A stretch of 64,000 nucleotides of DNA. It comes from Candidatus Methylomirabilota bacterium (GTDB lineage Bacteria > Methylomirabilota > Methylomirabilia > Rokubacteriales > CSP1-6). Positions 1-11,144 of this stretch are shown piece after piece. A model generated the notes under the pieces. That model was not told where the DNA came from. It was given only the letters and a program-made list of their open reading frames with translations, and did not search any database. A program made the position numbers and the translations under genes. Numbering within the stretch: position 1 is the first letter of the stretch; each line of letters begins with the position of its first letter. Location: assembly GCA_046726415.1 (NCBI GenBank), contig JBKPAK010000024.1, positions 8,454 through 72,453 of the forward strand. Reading direction: 5' to 3'.

Positions 1-140
1 CCAAAGCGCAGATGGATGAGGGAAATCTTCTCGTTGATGTGCTCGAGTGTGCAGCCGAGCACGTCCGTGTAAAAGCGCTGCGAGGCCTGCTGATCGCGGA
101 CGACCAGCACCACGTGATCGAGTCCGAGCGCGGTGAACAT
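1..140 (-). CDS. VOC/glyoxalase family protein (5' part, truncated by window edge)
   Basis: Manual translation MFTALGLDHVVLVVRDQQASQRFYTDVLG...; GAGGAGG RBS upstream; not in ORF track. Confidence 0.8.
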   Translation of the reverse strand, partial: MFTALGLDHVVLVVRDQQASQRFYTDVLGCTLEHINEKISLIHLRF

Positions 141-209
141 GTTCGACCTCCTCGCTCTTGCCGATGCTGCGGGAATCCGTCTCCGTCCCGCTCGTTCAGA
201 TGCGCCGCC

Positions 210-2201
210 TCACCGCTCCCCTGCTGCCGAGGGACGCGTCGCCGTACCGCTCCCCAGATGCCCGGCGAACCAGTCGAGGATGATCCGAAAGCGCTCCAGC
301 CGGTGCCGCGGCGTCCCCGACCGCGACAGCTCGTGGTTCTCGCCGGGAAAACGCACGAGCATCGCCTCCCGCCCGAGCTTCTTGAGGGCCACGAAGAGCT
401 GCTCGGCCTGCTCGATGGGACAGCGATAGTCCTCCTCCGCGTGAATGATGAGGAGCGGCGTGGTGATGCGCGAGGCGTAGGTCAGCGGCGAGCGCTCGAC
501 GTAGCGCGCGGGGTCCTCCCACGGCAGCACCCCGCCCAGTTCCGTCACGTTGAAGAGGTGGCCGATGTCGCTGGTGCCAAATATGGTCCGCTGATCGTTG
601 ACGGCGCGCTCCGAGCAGGCCGCGCGGAAGCGATCGGTGTGGCCGACGATCCAGCTCGTCATGAATCCGCCGTAGCTGCCCCCCATCACCCCCAGCCGCT
701 CGCCGTCGAGGAAGTCGAAGCGGCACAGGGCTTCGTCGAGGCCGGCCAGCACGTCCGCCACGTCGCCCCCGCCCCAGTCGCCCACCACGGCCCGCGCGAA
801 CTTCTCGCCGTAGCCACGGCTTCCGCGCGGGTTGGCGAAGACGACGGCGTACCCAGCGCCCGCGTAGACCTGGAACTCGTCGAAGAATCCCACGCCGTAC
901 TGCGCATGGGGGCCGCCGTGAATGTTGACGAGGACCGGATAGCGGCGGCCCTGCTCGGCGCCGTGGGGGCGCATCACCCAGGCGTCGACGGCCGCCCCGT
1001 CGCGCTCGTAGCTGAAGCGCTCGGGCACCGAGAGCGACACTTCCTCTCGCCACCCCCGGTTCAGATCGGTGAGCTGGCGCTCCGCGCTCCCGTCCGCAGC
1101 GGCGACGAAGACTTCGGCCGGCGCAGTGGCCGTGGACGCGGTGAAGGCCAGCATGCCGTTGCGCGCCAGCGAGAACCCACTCACCGCGCGCTCGCCCCTC
1201 GTCACGGGAACCGGTTCCATCCCGCCGGCGGGGCGCACGCGGTGAATGACCACGCGCCCGCCGTCCTCGACCGCGAAGATGACCCACTGCCCGTCGGCGG
1301 ACCACGCCGCCCACGCATCGCCCAGGGCCACCACGGAGCGATCGATCCGGGCGCTCAGATCACCGGGGGCGCCGCCGTCTATCGGGATGGTGACGAGGCG
1401 GTGGTTGTCGGCCACGGCATTCCGTCCGCGCCGCACCACGTAGGCCATCGCGCGCCCATCGGGTGACACGGTCGGCCCCGTGACCATGGCCGACGAGTCG
1501 GTGAGTCGCCGGAGCTCACCGCCATCCGCGGAGACCACGAACAGGTCTCGCGCGTCGTCGTGATCGCGCTCGGCATGGCGGGCCGACGTGAAGGCCAACC
1601 AGCGCCCGTCGGGCGACCAGGTCGGCTCGCCGTCGGCGCCCTCGCCGTCCGTGATCTGTCTGGGCGCACCGCCGTCGCGGTCCACCACGAAGACGTGAGG
1701 TACCCGGTCGTAGATGAAACCCTCGCCGTTGTAGCGGTACTTCAGGGTCGTGATGATTCGCGCGGGCTTCGACTTCTCCGCCCCCTCCGTAGGCGCCGGA
1801 CCCACGCGGGACACCACGGCCACCCGTGAGCTGTCCGGCCCCCACGCGGGGGCCGACACGCCATGGGGCAGATCGGTGATGCGGACGGGCTCCCCGCCCC
1901 CGGCCGGCATCACGTGAAGCTGCGGCTTGGCCTTCGGATCCCGCGCGGCGAGGAAGGCCAGCCACGCGCCGTCGGGCGACCAGCGCGGCGCCGTGTCCCG
2001 GCCAGCACCCGTCGTGAACCGCCGGGGCTCTCCTCCGGCGACGTCCACCACCCAGACGTTGGAGAGGTACTCGTCGCGCTCCTCGGAGAGCGTCGTCACC
2101 ACGAACGCCACTCGGCGACCGTCGGGCGAGATCTGCGGGTCGCTCACCCACTGAATACGGGTAACGTCGGCGGCCGTCATGGCGCGTCCATGCGTGGTCA
2201 T
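210..2201 (-). CDS. S9 family peptidase (acylaminoacyl/dipeptidyl aminopeptidase)
   Basis: Repeated WSPDG propeller motifs, IHGGP, GGSYGG nucleophile, EDYRCP, ENHEL. Confidence 0.92.
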   Translation of the reverse strand: MTTHGRAMTAADVTRIQWVSDPQISPDGRRVAFVVTTLSEERDEYLSNVWVVDVAGGEPRRFTTGAGRDTAPRWSPDGAWLAFLAARDPKAKPQLHVMPAGGGEPVRITDLPHGVSAPAWGPDSSRVAVVSRVGPAPTEGAEKSKPARIITTLKYRYNGEGFIYDRVPHVFVVDRDGGAPRQITDGEGADGEPTWSPDGRWLAFTSARHAERDHDDARDLFVVSADGGELRRLTDSSAMVTGPTVSPDGRAMAYVVRRGRNAVADNHRLVTIPIDGGAPGDLSARIDRSVVALGDAWAAWSADGQWVIFAVEDGGRVVIHRVRPAGGMEPVPVTRGERAVSGFSLARNGMLAFTASTATAPAEVFVAAADGSAERQLTDLNRGWREEVSLSVPERFSYERDGAAVDAWVMRPHGAEQGRRYPVLVNIHGGPHAQYGVGFFDEFQVYAGAGYAVVFANPRGSRGYGEKFARAVVGDWGGGDVADVLAGLDEALCRFDFLDGERLGVMGGSYGGFMTSWIVGHTDRFRAACSERAVNDQRTIFGTSDIGHLFNVTELGGVLPWEDPARYVERSPLTYASRITTPLLIIHAEEDYRCPIEQAEQLFVALKKLGREAMLVRFPGENHELSRSGTPRHRLERFRIILDWFAGHLGSGTATRPSAAGER

Positions 2202-2366
2202 GAGAAGGCTCCCCTGATGATACGTCCACGGAAGACTGGTCGCGAGGCGCTACGTCCCTCGATCGAATGACCTCGGGGCGACGTGGTCGAAGATGTCGGA
2301 AACTCTACGGAAAGCTCCGTCGCGCTTTCTCACCCGGGGCGGTGAGCGGGAAGCGGTACGGTCTCG

Positions 2367-3563
2367 CTAGACGATGCCGCGCGCGCGGAGGGCCGCGAGG
2401 TCGTCCTGCGTCAGGCCGAGGCGGCCGCAGTAGATGTCCTCGTTGTGCTCGCCCACCGCCACCGGGCCCGCATGATCGATGATCCCGGGCGTCAGGCTGA
2501 GCTTGGGCACGATGCCCACCATGTCGAGCAGACCCCCGAGTGGACTCGGCACCTTGACGATGTTCTCGCGCGCCTGGATCTGCCGATCGGCGAACAAATC
2601 GCGCGCGCTGTTGACCCGCGCGCACGGCACCTCGGCCGCGTCCAGCCGCGCCAGTGCCTCGGGGGCGTCGAACTTCTCCACCCACTCGCCTACGGTGCGG
2701 TCGAGGTCGCCGCGTCGGCGGATGCGCTCAGCCATGGTCGCGAATTCGGTGGCGAGCTGCGGTTGACCGATGGCGTGCGTCACCAGTCGCTCGAACATCC
2801 GATCGTTGGTGCAGGCGATGGCGATCCAGCTCCCGTCGCGCGTCCGGTAGTGGTTGTGGGGCACGACGTACTCGGTGCCGGATCCGATGCGGTCGCGCAC
2901 GTGACCCGTGGCGGCGAAGACGGGAATCAGCTCGTCCAGCATTCTCAGGATGGGCTCGTAGAGCGCCACGTCGACCACCTGCCCATCGCCCGTGCGCTGG
3001 CGATGCTGGAGGGCGACGAGCGCGCCCAACGCGCCCATCGCGCCGGCGAGGTAATCGGGAATGGTGGGCGTGCCCGGAGTGACCGGCGGACGGTCGGGGA
3101 ACCCGGAAAGGTAGCTCGCCCCGCTCACCGCGGCGGCGATGCGGCCAAAGCCGGGACGCTCGCGCGCAGGACCTGTCTGGCCGAAGGCGGAGATGCGCAC
3201 CATGACGAGCCCACGGTTGACGGCGCGCAGATCGTCCCACCCGAGATGCCAGCGCTCCATGGTGCCAGGGCGGAAGTTCTCGGCCAGGATGTCCGATTGC
3301 CCGGCGAGGCGCTTGATGAGCGCTTGCCCTTCCGGCTCGCGCAGATTGCACGTGATCGACTTCTTGTTGCGCGACTCCACCAGCCACATGTAGGTGGGCC
3401 CGCCGTCTGGACGGCGGCCGAGACGCCGGAGGTCATCGCCCAGCCCAGGCTGCTCCATCTTGATGACCTCGGCGCCGAACTCGCCGAGCAAGGTGCAGCA
3501 GAACGGCGCCGCGATGAACGTGGCCAGATCCAGCGCGCGGAGCCCTTCGAGTGCGCGAGTCAC
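2367..3563 (-). CDS. CoA-transferase family III (CaiB/BaiF)
   Basis: LGEFGAEVIKME, RNKKSI, ENFRPG, PDYLAG. Confidence 0.92.
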   Translation of the reverse strand: MTRALEGLRALDLATFIAAPFCCTLLGEFGAEVIKMEQPGLGDDLRRLGRRPDGGPTYMWLVESRNKKSITCNLREPEGQALIKRLAGQSDILAENFRPGTMERWHLGWDDLRAVNRGLVMVRISAFGQTGPARERPGFGRIAAAVSGASYLSGFPDRPPVTPGTPTIPDYLAGAMGALGALVALQHRQRTGDGQVVDVALYEPILRMLDELIPVFAATGHVRDRIGSGTEYVVPHNHYRTRDGSWIAIACTNDRMFERLVTHAIGQPQLATEFATMAERIRRRGDLDRTVGEWVEKFDAPEALARLDAAEVPCARVNSARDLFADRQIQARENIVKVPSPLGGLLDMVGIVPKLSLTPGIIDHAGPVAVGEHNEDIYCGRLGLTQDDLAALRARGIV

Positions 3564-3643
3564 GTGGTCTCCTCCGGAGTGCGGCGTCCATTGTGCAACG
3601 AACCGTGGCCATTGTGCACCGAGCGGTGTGAGGGCCGCCGCCC

Positions 3644-3678
3644 TGTTTCACACTGGAACAGTGTTTCGAGGGGAAACG
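3644..3678. promoter_or_regulatory. Tandem imperfect palindromes, candidate enhancer (UAS) for the sigma54 activator
   Basis: TGTTTCACACTGGAACA (3644-3660) and TGTTTCGAGGGGAAACG (3662-3678); same GTTTC-N5-GAAAC motif recurs at 6803-6839. Confidence 0.6.
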
Positions 3679-3719
3679 ACATTCCCGGCCCAATGGCGCG
3701 AAATCGCCGGGGCCGGCCA

Positions 3720-3735
3720 TGGCACGGCGTTTGAT
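3720..3735 (+). promoter_or_regulatory. Putative sigma54 (-24/-12) promoter
   Basis: TGGCACG-GCGT-TTGAT versus consensus TGGCACG-N4-TTGCW; upstream of kinase/bEBP operon. Confidence 0.65.
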
Positions 3736-3772
3736 GAACAGGTAGACTCATACGGAGAGGGCTTGTGCGCCG

Positions 3773-5437
3773 ATGCCTGTATCACTGCTCCTGACGTGTG
3801 TCTCCACCCTGGCCTTCACCATCCAGTTGCTGATCTTCGTGTATCTCTATCCGTCGCACCGCGTCCGCTTCTTCAACTACCTCGTCTGGGCCTGGGGCTT
3901 CTTCGTCCTGTCGAAGGGATTGAAGCTGATCGAAGCGATCCCGATCCTGCCGGCCTCCATCGACCTCGGCGGGCTCATGAGCGCCGCCTTCGTCATCGCG
4001 CAGTTTTTCATCGCCGCCGCCGCCCTCGCCTATCGGTACGACTATGCCATCGGGCCGCGGTATACCCTCCTCGGGACCCTGTCGGTCCTGGGCGCGGTCT
4101 GGACGGGCGATCTCTCGCAGGCCGCCCCCCTCGTCCGGGAGTCGATCGCCGTGGTGTTCGGGGCAGTGCAGTTCGCGGCCGGACTCGCGTTCTGGCCGCG
4201 CTCGGCCGTCGGCGTTCGGTATCGAGGCGCGCGGTTGCTGGCCGTCTCGTTCTGGCTCTGGGGCGTCCACATGGTGGTCTCGAAGTTCCTCAATGCCGCT
4301 CCCGGTACCACGACGCACTTCGTCGTCCACGCCACCTTCGTGTGCCTCTACTTCTCCTCTACCTTCGCCATCATCATCATGGTCCTGGACCGAGCGCGGA
4401 GCGAGATGCGCTCGCTGAAGGAGCTGAACGAGCGGCTCGTCGACGGCCTGGGCGAGGGTCTGGAATTGGTCGATGGGACCTTCGCCGTTCGCCACGCCAA
4501 CCGCTGGATGCTCGAGCACTTCGGCCCGGTGGGCGGGCGGCGTTGCTACGAGATCCTCACCGCCGATGGGCGCCCCTGTCGCGGTTGCCCGCTCGAGCGC
4601 CGGCAGGAGATCGCCGAGCCGGTATGGCTCGAAGTCGATGGGGTCGCCGGCCGCCGGTTCCAGCTGAGCTGTTCTCCCGTCCGCCAGCCCGACGGCCAGG
4701 TCTTTCTGCTCGAGCGGGTCGCCGACGTGACCGAGCAGGCCCGATTGCGGGCGCGGCTGAGCGAGGCCGAGCGCCTGGCCGCCGCCGGCGAGCTCGCGGC
4801 CGGGATGGCCCACGAGATCCGCAATCCGCTCGCCGCCATCGTGAACGCGACGACGTTGCTCGACGGTCCGCACCTGCTCACGTCGGATGAACGGATGAGC
4901 ACCCTGGATGCCGTGCGCAAGGAGGCCCGGCGCCTCAACCGAATCCTCTCCGATTTTCTGATCTTTGCCCGGCCCCGGGCGCCCAAGCTGCTGCCGGGGG
5001 ATATTCGCGAGGTCGTGGAGCACGTGGCCGCTCTGATTCGCGACGACCCCGTGCGCGCCCGCCTGGTCGAGCTGCGCACGCGGGTCGACGCGGCGGTGCC
5101 GTCCTTCGCCTTCGATCCGGACCAGCTCACGCAAGTGTTGCTGAACGTCGCCCTCAATGGGATCGAAGCCATGGGCGGCCGCGGCCGCCTGTCTCTTGAA
5201 GTGGGGCGAGTGAACGGCGAGGTCCTGATCGCCGTGGCCGACACCGGGCGCGGCATCGCGGCCGAGGATCGCGGACGGGTCTTCGAGCCCTTCTTCTCGA
5301 AGAAGCCGGGCGGCACCGGCCTCGGCCTCACCATCGCCCGGCGGATCGTCGACGCGCACGGCGGCCACATCGACCTCGACTCGACGCCCGGCCAGGGCAC
5401 GCGATTCACCATCGCGCTGCCCGTGGCGACCGCCTGA
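3773..5437 (+). CDS. Membrane sensor histidine kinase (about 7 TM, PAS-like, HisKA, HATPase)
   Basis: Hydrophobic N-terminus; AHEIRNPL H-box, LLNVALNG N-box, DTGRGI, FEPFFS, GTGLGL. Confidence 0.93.
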   Translation: MPVSLLLTCVSTLAFTIQLLIFVYLYPSHRVRFFNYLVWAWGFFVLSKGLKLIEAIPILPASIDLGGLMSAAFVIAQFFIAAAALAYRYDYAIGPRYTLLGTLSVLGAVWTGDLSQAAPLVRESIAVVFGAVQFAAGLAFWPRSAVGVRYRGARLLAVSFWLWGVHMVVSKFLNAAPGTTTHFVVHATFVCLYFSSTFAIIIMVLDRARSEMRSLKELNERLVDGLGEGLELVDGTFAVRHANRWMLEHFGPVGGRRCYEILTADGRPCRGCPLERRQEIAEPVWLEVDGVAGRRFQLSCSPVRQPDGQVFLLERVADVTEQARLRARLSEAERLAAAGELAAGMAHEIRNPLAAIVNATTLLDGPHLLTSDERMSTLDAVRKEARRLNRILSDFLIFARPRAPKLLPGDIREVVEHVAALIRDDPVRARLVELRTRVDAAVPSFAFDPDQLTQVLLNVALNGIEAMGGRGRLSLEVGRVNGEVLIAVADTGRGIAAEDRGRVFEPFFSKKPGGTGLGLTIARRIVDAHGGHIDLDSTPGQGTRFTIALPVATA

Positions 5438-5441
5438 CCGC

Positions 5442-6791
<1,350 letters not shown>

Positions 6792-6802
6792 CGGCAGCCC
6801 GC

Positions 6803-6839
6803 AGTTTCAGAGCGAAACGGAATGTTCGGCTCTGAAACA
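6803..6839. promoter_or_regulatory. Tandem palindromes, candidate UAS (could alternatively act as a hairpin)
   Basis: AGTTTCAGAGCGAAACG and TGTTCGGCTCTGAAACA; GTTTCAGAGC/GCTCTGAAAC is a perfect inverted pair. Confidence 0.55.
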
Positions 6840-6889
6840 CCTCCCCCACGCGACGGCCCGTGAAACCCGCGCCCCCCACGACCCCGGCC

Positions 6890-6905
6890 TGGCACGAGAT
6901 GTGAG
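6890..6905 (+). promoter_or_regulatory. Putative sigma54 promoter
   Basis: TGGCACG-AGAT-GTGAG; perfect -24 box, weak -12 box. Confidence 0.45.
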
Positions 6906-6919
6906 TCCCCACTGACGGC

Positions 6920-8227
6920 ATGGCGGCGATCCTCGTGGTGGACGACGAGCCTTCCCCGCGGACCACGATGGCGCTGCTCCTCAAGACGCGAGGCCATCGG
7001 GTGCGCGAAGCGGACGGGGTGGCCGCCGCCGTGCGCGTCCTCGCCAGCGATCCGCCCGATCTCGTGGTGACCGATTTGCGAATGCCGGATGGCGTCGGCC
7101 TCGACGTGCTCCGGGCGGCGAAGGCGCATTGCCCCGAGGCGGACGTCATCTTGCTCACCGCGTACGCCGGCTGGGAATCGGCCAAAGAAGCAATGAAGCT
7201 GGGGGCCGTCGACTACTTTGAGAAGGGAAACGACCCGGAGGGACTCCTGCGGCGCATCGAGCGCTGCCTCGAGGAGCAAGCCCGTCGGCGGAATCTGCTC
7301 ACCGCGCGCGCGGCTCTGGAGGGCGAACGGGCATTCCTCACCGTGCTCTTCGCCGATCTGCGCGGCTCGCTGGAGTTGCTGTCCGGCCGCGACCTCGAAG
7401 AGGCGCGGGCGATCCTCGACGGCGTGCTCGAGCGGATGATGGAAGCCGTCCATCACCACGGAGGCACCGTCAACCAGGTGATGGGTGACGGCATCATGGC
7501 GCTCTTCGGCGCCCCCCTGCCCTGTGCGGACCATGCCGTGCGCGGTTGTCTGGCCGCGGTGCGGATGCAGGCGGCGGTGCGTCGCTACGCCGCCGCGCTT
7601 CGGCGCGAGCGCGATATCGATGTCCAGATCAGGGTAGGGGTGAATTCGGGTGAGGTCATCGTGCGCGCGATCGACAGCGATCTCGGACACGACTATACCG
7701 CGGTGGGGCCGCCGACCCATGTTGCCGCCCGGATGGAACAGCTCGCGCAACCTGGGACCACGCTGATCACCGCCGACACCCTGCGCCTGGCCTCTCATGC
7801 CATCAGCGCGAGAGGCGTCGGGCGGGTGGCCGTGAAGGGGCTGGCCGACGAAGTCGAAGCCTTCGAGATCGTGGCGGGCCCTCGCAGGCGCCCGGACCCG
7901 GGCCTATCCTTGCCTGAGCACTGGCAAGGGCTTCTGGCCGAGGAGGCGGAAGGTGCCCAGGAAACCCACGGCGAGCGCCATGACGATGGTCAGGGAAACT
8001 CCCAGGAGGACGGCCTCGGGCTCGAACGTCCACGGCACATCGAGGACAAAGCGCAGCACGATCCACGACAGGACCACGGCGAGCGCGCTCCCCCCCAGGC
8101 CCGCCGCCGCTCCCAGGCACGCATACTCCACGGCGAAGATCCGCGCGATCACCAAGCGCGTGGCCCCGAGCGTCCGCCAGATCACCGACTCGCGCAACCG
8201 CGCGTAGCGAGTGGCGGTCAAGGCTGA
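6920..8227 (+). CDS. Response regulator receiver fused to class III adenylate/guanylate cyclase; last ~108 aa overlap the convergent gene
   Basis: REC (DDE, TDLRMP, FEK); cyclase motifs TVLFADLRGS, MGDGIMALFG, RVGVNSGEV, AARMEQ. Confidence 0.88.
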   Translation: MAAILVVDDEPSPRTTMALLLKTRGHRVREADGVAAAVRVLASDPPDLVVTDLRMPDGVGLDVLRAAKAHCPEADVILLTAYAGWESAKEAMKLGAVDYFEKGNDPEGLLRRIERCLEEQARRRNLLTARAALEGERAFLTVLFADLRGSLELLSGRDLEEARAILDGVLERMMEAVHHHGGTVNQVMGDGIMALFGAPLPCADHAVRGCLAAVRMQAAVRRYAAALRRERDIDVQIRVGVNSGEVIVRAIDSDLGHDYTAVGPPTHVAARMEQLAQPGTTLITADTLRLASHAISARGVGRVAVKGLADEVEAFEIVAGPRRRPDPGLSLPEHWQGLLAEEAEGAQETHGERHDDGQGNSQEDGLGLERPRHIEDKAQHDPRQDHGERAPPQARRRSQARILHGEDPRDHQARGPERPPDHRLAQPRVASGGQG

Positions 8228-10426
8228 GATCATGACGACGAGCCCGGCTCCGATACTAAAGAGCGCCATGGCGCGGATGGCCAGCGACATCTGGTCAAGC
8301 ACGCTCGCCACGCGCTCCATCACGTCGCGCACGGGAATGGCGGTGACGTTGGGAAAGGCCGTCACCACGGCGTTCTGAAGGCGCGACTCGGTGGTGGCCG
8401 CCACTCGGATGGTGGCGATCCACGTTCCCGGTGCGCCATCGAGCGCGCCCGGGGACAGGATCATGAAGAAGTTGGTGGACAACGCCTGCCAGTCGACCTT
8501 TCGGATGCTCGCCACCTCGGCTTCGATGGGCACCCCCTGCACGTCGAACGTCAGCCGATCGCCGATCCGGAGCCCGAGGTGCATGGCCGCCGCTTCCTCC
8601 ACCGACACCAGCGAGCGCGTCCAGTCCGTGGGGGTCCACCAGCGGCCCTGCACCAGGACGTTCGTGGCCGGCATCTCTGCCGCATACGTGAGGACGTACT
8701 CCCGCCTGAGATACCAGGCGGCGTCACCGTCCGGCCCGCCGCGCCGGCGCTGGACCATGGCGCGGGTCACCGCATGTCCGTTCACGGCGGCCAGGCGCGA
8801 CCGCACCACGGGCGTCAGCGCCGGCGAAGCCCCTGCCCCGGACTCGTTGACCACCCGCACGAAGTCGTCGCGCTGGTCGGGCTGGATGTCGATGAAGAAG
8901 AACGACGGCGCCTCCCGCCGCTTCTCATGGTCGATCTGGCGGCCCAAGCTGGCCTCCAGCAGCGCGATCGAGACGAGGAGCATGACGCCGACGCCGAGTG
9001 CGATGACCACGCCGGCGGTCTGCCCTCCGGGGCGCGCCAGGTTGGCCATGCCCTGGCGCCACGCGATCCCGCGAATGCGTGGCCGCCCCCGCGCCGCCAC
9101 CGTCACCGCTCGCGCCAGAACGAGCAGGAGCGCCAGGGCTCCCCCGGAGGCACCCACGAAGATTCCGCCGAGCTTCCAGGATCCCGCCTGCCACAGCGCG
9201 AGCGCCGCCAGACCGGTAGCCACTGGAAGTGCGGCCAGCCAGGGTCGCCGCCCGGGCACGGGCTCCACTTCGGCGCGCAACAGCAGTGACGGCCGGACCG
9301 TGCGGATGGCCAGTAACGGCCAGAGCGCGCAGAGCAACGCGGTGAGCAGCCCCATGACAAACGCACGGCCGAGGGTGCCAGGATCGGGGCGCGTCGAGAC
9401 CTCGATGGGGAGCGCCCCCGCCAGGAGCCGGACGATCAGCGGCTGCGTGACCATGCCGAGAGCCAGCCCGAGACCGCTCCCGGCAAGGGCAATCATCTGC
9501 GTCTGGAGCAGGTAGCTGACAAGCAACAGGCGAGAACTGGCGCCGAGGGTCTTGAGAATTGCGATGGTCGGACGCTGGCGCCGGACGAAGGTCGCCACGG
9601 CGGACGCTACCCCGATGCCGCCCACGAGCAGGCTGACCAGCCCGACCAGCCCGAGATACGCGGTCATCTGGGTGAAGAAGCGCCGGAGCCCCGGCTGGGC
9701 CTCGTTGAAAGGGGTGACGCGGATCGCCGGGTCCGCGAGGGTACGGGCGATGGCCTCGCTTCGCTCGCGGGCGGCCACGCCCTCGGGCAAGCGCAGCAAC
9801 GTGCGATGGCGGATCCGGCTGCCGAATCGCACGAGGCCCGTGGTCTCCAAGGTGTCCGCGCCGATGATGACGCGCGGCCCCAGTCCGAAGCCGACCGGGG
9901 CGTCGGGTTCTTTCTCGAGCACACCGCGGATGGTGACGGGCGCGGTGCCGATGATGATGCGGCCGCCGATCTTCACGCCCAGTCGCGTCAAGAGATCATC
10001 CTGCACGAGGGCGCCACCGGCCGCGAGGAGATCGGCAAGTGGGCGGGCAGGCTCAGCCTGGAGTCGGCCGTAGAGCGGATAGCCTGGTTCGACCGCCTTC
10101 AGCTCGACCAGCAGGGAGGCATCGCGCATGGGCTCTCGCGCCATGGCGACCAATTCCCGCACGCGGGTTGCCGTGGCGCCCTCGCGCACCACCTGCTCGA
10201 CCGCGCCGGTCTCCTCGTCGGTGAAGGGGCGCATGGCGCGCAGTTCGAGATCGCCCCCCATCAAGGTCCGCGCCTCCCGCGACAGGGCGCGGTCCACGTT
10301 GGCGGCCAGGGTGCCGACCGAGGTCAGCGCCGCCACGCCGAGCGCCACGCAGGCGAAGAAGCCCACGAAGTGACGCCAACCGCCGCGCGCTTCGCGCCAC
10401 GCCAGAGCGAGGGGAAATCGCCTCAC
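7904..10426 (-). CDS. ybbP: ABC transporter permease, YbbP/FtsX-like
   Basis: LAWREARG N-terminus, two FtsX-like halves, PSFFFIDIQPDQ; next to ybbA/tesA. Confidence 0.88.
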   Translation of the reverse strand: MRRFPLALAWREARGGWRHFVGFFACVALGVAALTSVGTLAANVDRALSREARTLMGGDLELRAMRPFTDEETGAVEQVVREGATATRVRELVAMAREPMRDASLLVELKAVEPGYPLYGRLQAEPARPLADLLAAGGALVQDDLLTRLGVKIGGRIIIGTAPVTIRGVLEKEPDAPVGFGLGPRVIIGADTLETTGLVRFGSRIRHRTLLRLPEGVAARERSEAIARTLADPAIRVTPFNEAQPGLRRFFTQMTAYLGLVGLVSLLVGGIGVASAVATFVRRQRPTIAILKTLGASSRLLLVSYLLQTQMIALAGSGLGLALGMVTQPLIVRLLAGALPIEVSTRPDPGTLGRAFVMGLLTALLCALWPLLAIRTVRPSLLLRAEVEPVPGRRPWLAALPVATGLAALALWQAGSWKLGGIFVGASGGALALLLVLARAVTVAARGRPRIRGIAWRQGMANLARPGGQTAGVVIALGVGVMLLVSIALLEASLGRQIDHEKRREAPSFFFIDIQPDQRDDFVRVVNESGAGASPALTPVVRSRLAAVNGHAVTRAMVQRRRGGPDGDAAWYLRREYVLTYAAEMPATNVLVQGRWWTPTDWTRSLVSVEEAAAMHLGLRIGDRLTFDVQGVPIEAEVASIRKVDWQALSTNFFMILSPGALDGAPGTWIATIRVAATTESRLQNAVVTAFPNVTAIPVRDVMERVASVLDQMSLAIRAMALFSIGAGLVVMISALTATRYARLRESVIWRTLGATRLVIARIFAVEYACLGAAAGLGGSALAVVLSWIVLRFVLDVPWTFEPEAVLLGVSLTIVMALAVGFLGTFRLLGQKPLPVLRQG

Positions 10427-11130
10427 CGGGTGTGGGCCGGGGCCGGATGGCCGTTGACGCCGTTGACGAGTCGGCCATCGAGGAGGTTCACGATGCGATC
10501 CGCGTGGGACGCCAGCGCTGGGTCATGCGTGACGAGGAGCAGCGTGCACCCCCGCTCCCGACGGAGCCTCAGCATCAACTCGATGATGGCGGCGCCGGTG
10601 GCGGAGTCGAGGTTGCCGGTCGGTTCGTCGGCGAGGAGCAGCGCCGGCCGGAGGGCGACGGCGCGGGCCAGCGCTACTCGTTGTTGCTCGCCCCCGGAGA
10701 GCTGGGCCGGATAGTGATGCGACCGGGCCCCGAGTCCGACGTCCGTGAGCAGCGCGCGCGCCTCACCCGCGGCATTGGCGTGGCCGGCCAGCTCCAAGGG
10801 CACCGCCACGTTTTCGGCCGCCGTCAAGGTGGGGATCAGATGGTACGCTTGGAAGACGTACCCGATGCGATCGCGCCGGAAGCCGGCCAGCGCGTCCTCC
10901 GCCAGACGGGTGACCTCCACGCCGTCCACCTCGATGGACCCGGCGGTGGGTTCATCCAGCCCGGCGATGAGCCCGAGCAGTGTGGACTTGCCGCTGCCCG
11001 AGGGCCCGGTGATGGCCACGAACTCGCCGGCCTGGACCTCGAGAGAAATGCCATCGAGAATCGTGATCGGACGGCCGCCGCTCGAGAGGCGCATGGAGAG
11101 GCCGCGCACGCGGATCATGTCGCATCCCAT
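10423..11130 (-). CDS. ybbA: ABC transporter ATP-binding protein (YbbA/LolD-like); start may be 11118
   Basis: GPSGSGKST, LSGGEQQRVA, ADEPTGNLD. Confidence 0.92.
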   Translation of the reverse strand: MGCDMIRVRGLSMRLSSGGRPITILDGISLEVQAGEFVAITGPSGSGKSTLLGLIAGLDEPTAGSIEVDGVEVTRLAEDALAGFRRDRIGYVFQAYHLIPTLTAAENVAVPLELAGHANAAGEARALLTDVGLGARSHHYPAQLSGGEQQRVALARAVALRPALLLADEPTGNLDSATGAAIIELMLRLRRERGCTLLLVTHDPALASHADRIVNLLDGRLVNGVNGHPAPAHTR

Positions 11131-11144
11131 ACTACACTCGGCTC

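Noticed and set aside
12-1466. Long plus-strand ORF and the many similar antisense or alternate-frame ORFs in the track (e.g. 3782-5509, 15599-17647, 50881-52917, 58888-61332)
   Set aside because: Shadow ORFs of well-supported genes, expected at about 70% GC; no motifs
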